A DNA stretch of 62,461 nucleotides, filler included, from Chiloscyllium plagiosum (Eukaryota): NCBI RefSeq assembly GCF_004010195.1. It is 4 parts of one record of this genome, joined end to end, with 100 filler letters (N's around TTAATTAATTAA, not from the genome) between each part and the next. Parts side by side here need not be neighbours in the genome. Positions count along the whole stretch, not along the records: positions 52,502 to 62,461 come from NC_057712.1; 3 more parts are not named here. The stretch is one strand, 5' to 3'. A program made the position numbers and the translations under genes. This document shows, piece after piece, positions 59,921 to 62,461 of the stretch. The notes beneath the pieces were generated by a model that saw only the letters and a list, made by a program, of their open reading frames with translations, did no database searches and was not told the DNA's origin. How positions within the stretch are numbered: the first letter of the stretch is position 1; the number at the start of each line of letters is the position of its first letter.

Positions 59921-61064
59921 CCATATGTGCCTTCAGCATGGGGTCCTGGATTAATAGTCCACTAATGTTGCCTTTATGCCAGCACCTCCCCAACATTTCA
60001 CATAGTAAATGTGAAATTTGACTGAATTTAATTTGAATTATTACTGTCATATGTACTTAGTAAAAAGTTTTGTTTTACTTGCAATACAGGCAGGACATGC
60101 TATTAGGGTAATAGAACAAAGCGATTTAATGTTACAGCTGCAGAGGAAGTACACAACGAGCGAGATCATCGTTAAATTTGAAATTTGAGAGGTCCATTCA
60201 GAAGTCTAATTCAACAGGGAAGAAGCTGTTCTTGAATCTGTTGGTACATGTGTTTAAACTTTTGTATTCTGCCCAAGATGGTGAAAACACTTGGTAGCAC
60301 AAGGAACTGGAACGGTCTCAAAGCCATTGACAACCACGTTAACAATTCTCACACATTGCTCAGCTTCTTCCACATAAGAGAAATCTGCAATTAATGTTGA
60401 GTTTGGATTTCACATCACTGTGATATTGAGCAAATTGGATTTTCTGTATGTACTCACAAATTTAACTTACAAAGACTGAAAAAAACAAGTCGTTTTTAAA
60501 TTACTCTTTCATCCAAGTGTTGCTTATATTGGGATAATAAAGCAACCAGTTAAAACTGAGGGTATGAGAACATTGTGAAATGAAAAAATAGTTGGAACAA
60601 GTGTTAGATAGTAACTTCAGGAAGAGGTGGAGAAGCTCAGTAGATCTGGAAGCATCTGTGGAGACAGAAACAAAGTTAAACTTCCGAGTCCAGTATGACC
60701 CTTCTCCAGAATCTTTTCATTTCAGATTTCCAGCATCTGCAGTTTTTTGTTTTTATTAAATAACAATACCATTTGCTTTCAATTTCAGGGGGGAGAGGGA
60801 ATGTGTGTAAGAAACTGGGTGCTCCTTCAATTAGAAAATAAGCTGTGGGAGAGAAAGGGAAGTGTATGCTAAAATAATCACCTTGAACAGAGTGGGCTGA
60901 TTGGACTCATACTAATGTTCGTACATAAAGGAGACACTGAGGGATGTAGACATGCGTCAGGTTCATTATGAATATGTGCTACTTTTACATTTCAAAGATC
61001 ATAGAATATTTATAAAAATGAAGGAAAGCATTCCAACACATTCCAGGGATGGCAGGACTGATGT

Positions 61065-62278
61065 ACATAGAAACATAGAAAATAGGAGCTGGAGGAGGCC
61101 ATTCGGCCCTTCGAGTCTGGACTGCCATTCATCACCTCATGGCTGATCATCTAACTCAATAGCCTAATCCTGCTTTCTCCCAATAAACTTTAGTTCCATT
61201 CACCCCACGTGCAATAGCGTGCGCCTCTTGAATACATTCAAGGATTTGGCATCAACTCCTTCCAGTGGTAATGAATTCCAAAGCTTCACCACTCTTTGGG
61301 TGAAGAAATGTCTCCTCATCTGCACCCTAAATAGTTGACTCCGAATCCTCAGACTGTGACCCCTGGTACTGCACACATCCACCATCAGGAACATCCTCCC
61401 TGCATCTACCCTGTCTAGTTATATTAGACTTTTCAAACTCTCTATGAGATCCCCCCTCAGTTGTCTGAGCTCCAGCAAAAACAATCCTAACCTAATCAAT
61501 ATCTCCTTATCCATCAGTCCCGCCATCCCCAGAATCAGCCTGGTAAAGCTCCACTGCACTCCCTCGAAAGCAAGAATACCCATCCTCAGAAAAGGAGACC
61601 AAAACTGTTCAAAATATTCGAGGAGTGGCCTCACCAAGCCCCTGTATATTTGCAACAACACATCCTTGCTCCTAGACTCGAAACCTCTCGCAATGAAGGC
61701 CAACATACCATTTTTTTTCTTTACCGCCTGATGCACCTGTATGTTTACCTTCAGCGACTGGTGCACAAGAACAAAGACCAAAGAACCTTCCAACACAGGA
61801 ACAGGCCCTTCGGCCCTCCAAGCCTGCACCGATCCAGATCCTCTACCTAAACCTATTGCCTATTTCCTAAGGGTATGTATCCCTCTGCTCCCTGCCCATT
61901 CATGTATCTGTCCAGATACACCTTAAATGATGCAACCGTTCCTGCCTCGATCACTTTCGCTGGCAACCCGTTCCAGGCACCCACCACCTCTGCATGAAAA
62001 ACTTTTCCTGTGTATCTCCCCTAAACTTTTCCCCTCTCACATTAAACTTGTGACCCCTACTAATTGAGTCCTCCGCTCTGGGAAAAAGTTTCTTGCTATC
62101 CACCCTGTCTACACCTCTCATGATTTTGTAGGCCTCAATCAAGTCCCTCCTCAACCTGCTTCTTTCCAATGACAATTATCCTAATCTACTCAACCTCTCC
62201 TCACAGCTAGCACCCTCCATACCAGGCAACATCCTGGTGAACCACCTCTGTACCCTCTCCAAAGCACCCATATCTTTT
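61065..62278 (-). mobile_element. Two CR1 3' fragments (61065-61765 and 61768-62278)
   Basis: CR1 C-terminal motifs and 3' UTRs on -. Confidence 0.88.
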
Positions 62279-62282
62279 GCTG

Positions 62283-62461
62283 GAAATGTGTTGCTGGAAA
62301 AGCGCAGCAGGTCAGGAAGCATCCAGGGAACAGGAGAATCGACGTTTTGGGCATAAGCCCTTCTTCAGGAATGAGGAAAGTTTGTCCAGCAGGCTAAGAT
62401 AAAAGGTAGGGAGGAGGGACTTGGGGGAGGGGCGTCGGAAATGTGATAGGTAGAAAGAGGT
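62283..62461 (-). mobile_element. Penelope-like element terminal repeat with hammerhead-like core, running off the window
   Basis: - strand CTGAAGA-AGGGCTTATGCCC-AAAA-CGTC at 62341-62368. Confidence 0.65.

Noticed and set aside
52502..62461. Further KLC exons
   Set aside because: The expected next exon (heptad region, approximately VMMAL...EKQKLRAQVRRL) was not seen; it probably lies beyond the window or in the gap.

Overview
Eukaryotic, intron-rich vertebrate genomic DNA, very probably from a shark (inferred from HE1-type SINEs, dense CR1 LINEs, Penelope-like elements and the protein sequences). It holds parts of three genes: (1) GTPBP2 on +, 11 coding exons at 1515-19047 that splice into one 532-codon frame (exon 1 lies upstream of the window); (2) the terminal coding exon of DNA polymerase eta (POLH) on -, 24393 to >24881, with UBZ finger, NLS and PIP-like tail, tail-to-tail with GTPBP2; (3) the first coding exon of a kinesin light chain, most likely KLC4, on + at 52115-52354. 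Most of the rest is decayed and nested retroelements (CR1, Rex1/Babar-like, Penelope-like, SINEs, a probable solo LTR, a MITE) and five minisatellite arrays. Three 100-nt gaps carry an artificial TTAATTAATTAA linker, so continuity across them is uncertain. I found no convincing new multi-gene system. The best leads are an in-frame 10-aa tandem repeat in Pol eta just upstream of the UBZ, a family of palindromic Penelope-derived elements with degenerate minimal hammerhead-ribozyme cores, a near-perfect 107-bp inverted duplication, and a GACAGT core shared by four different minisatellites. All gene and repeat identities come from recalled sequence knowledge, not database searches, and repeat boundaries are approximate.
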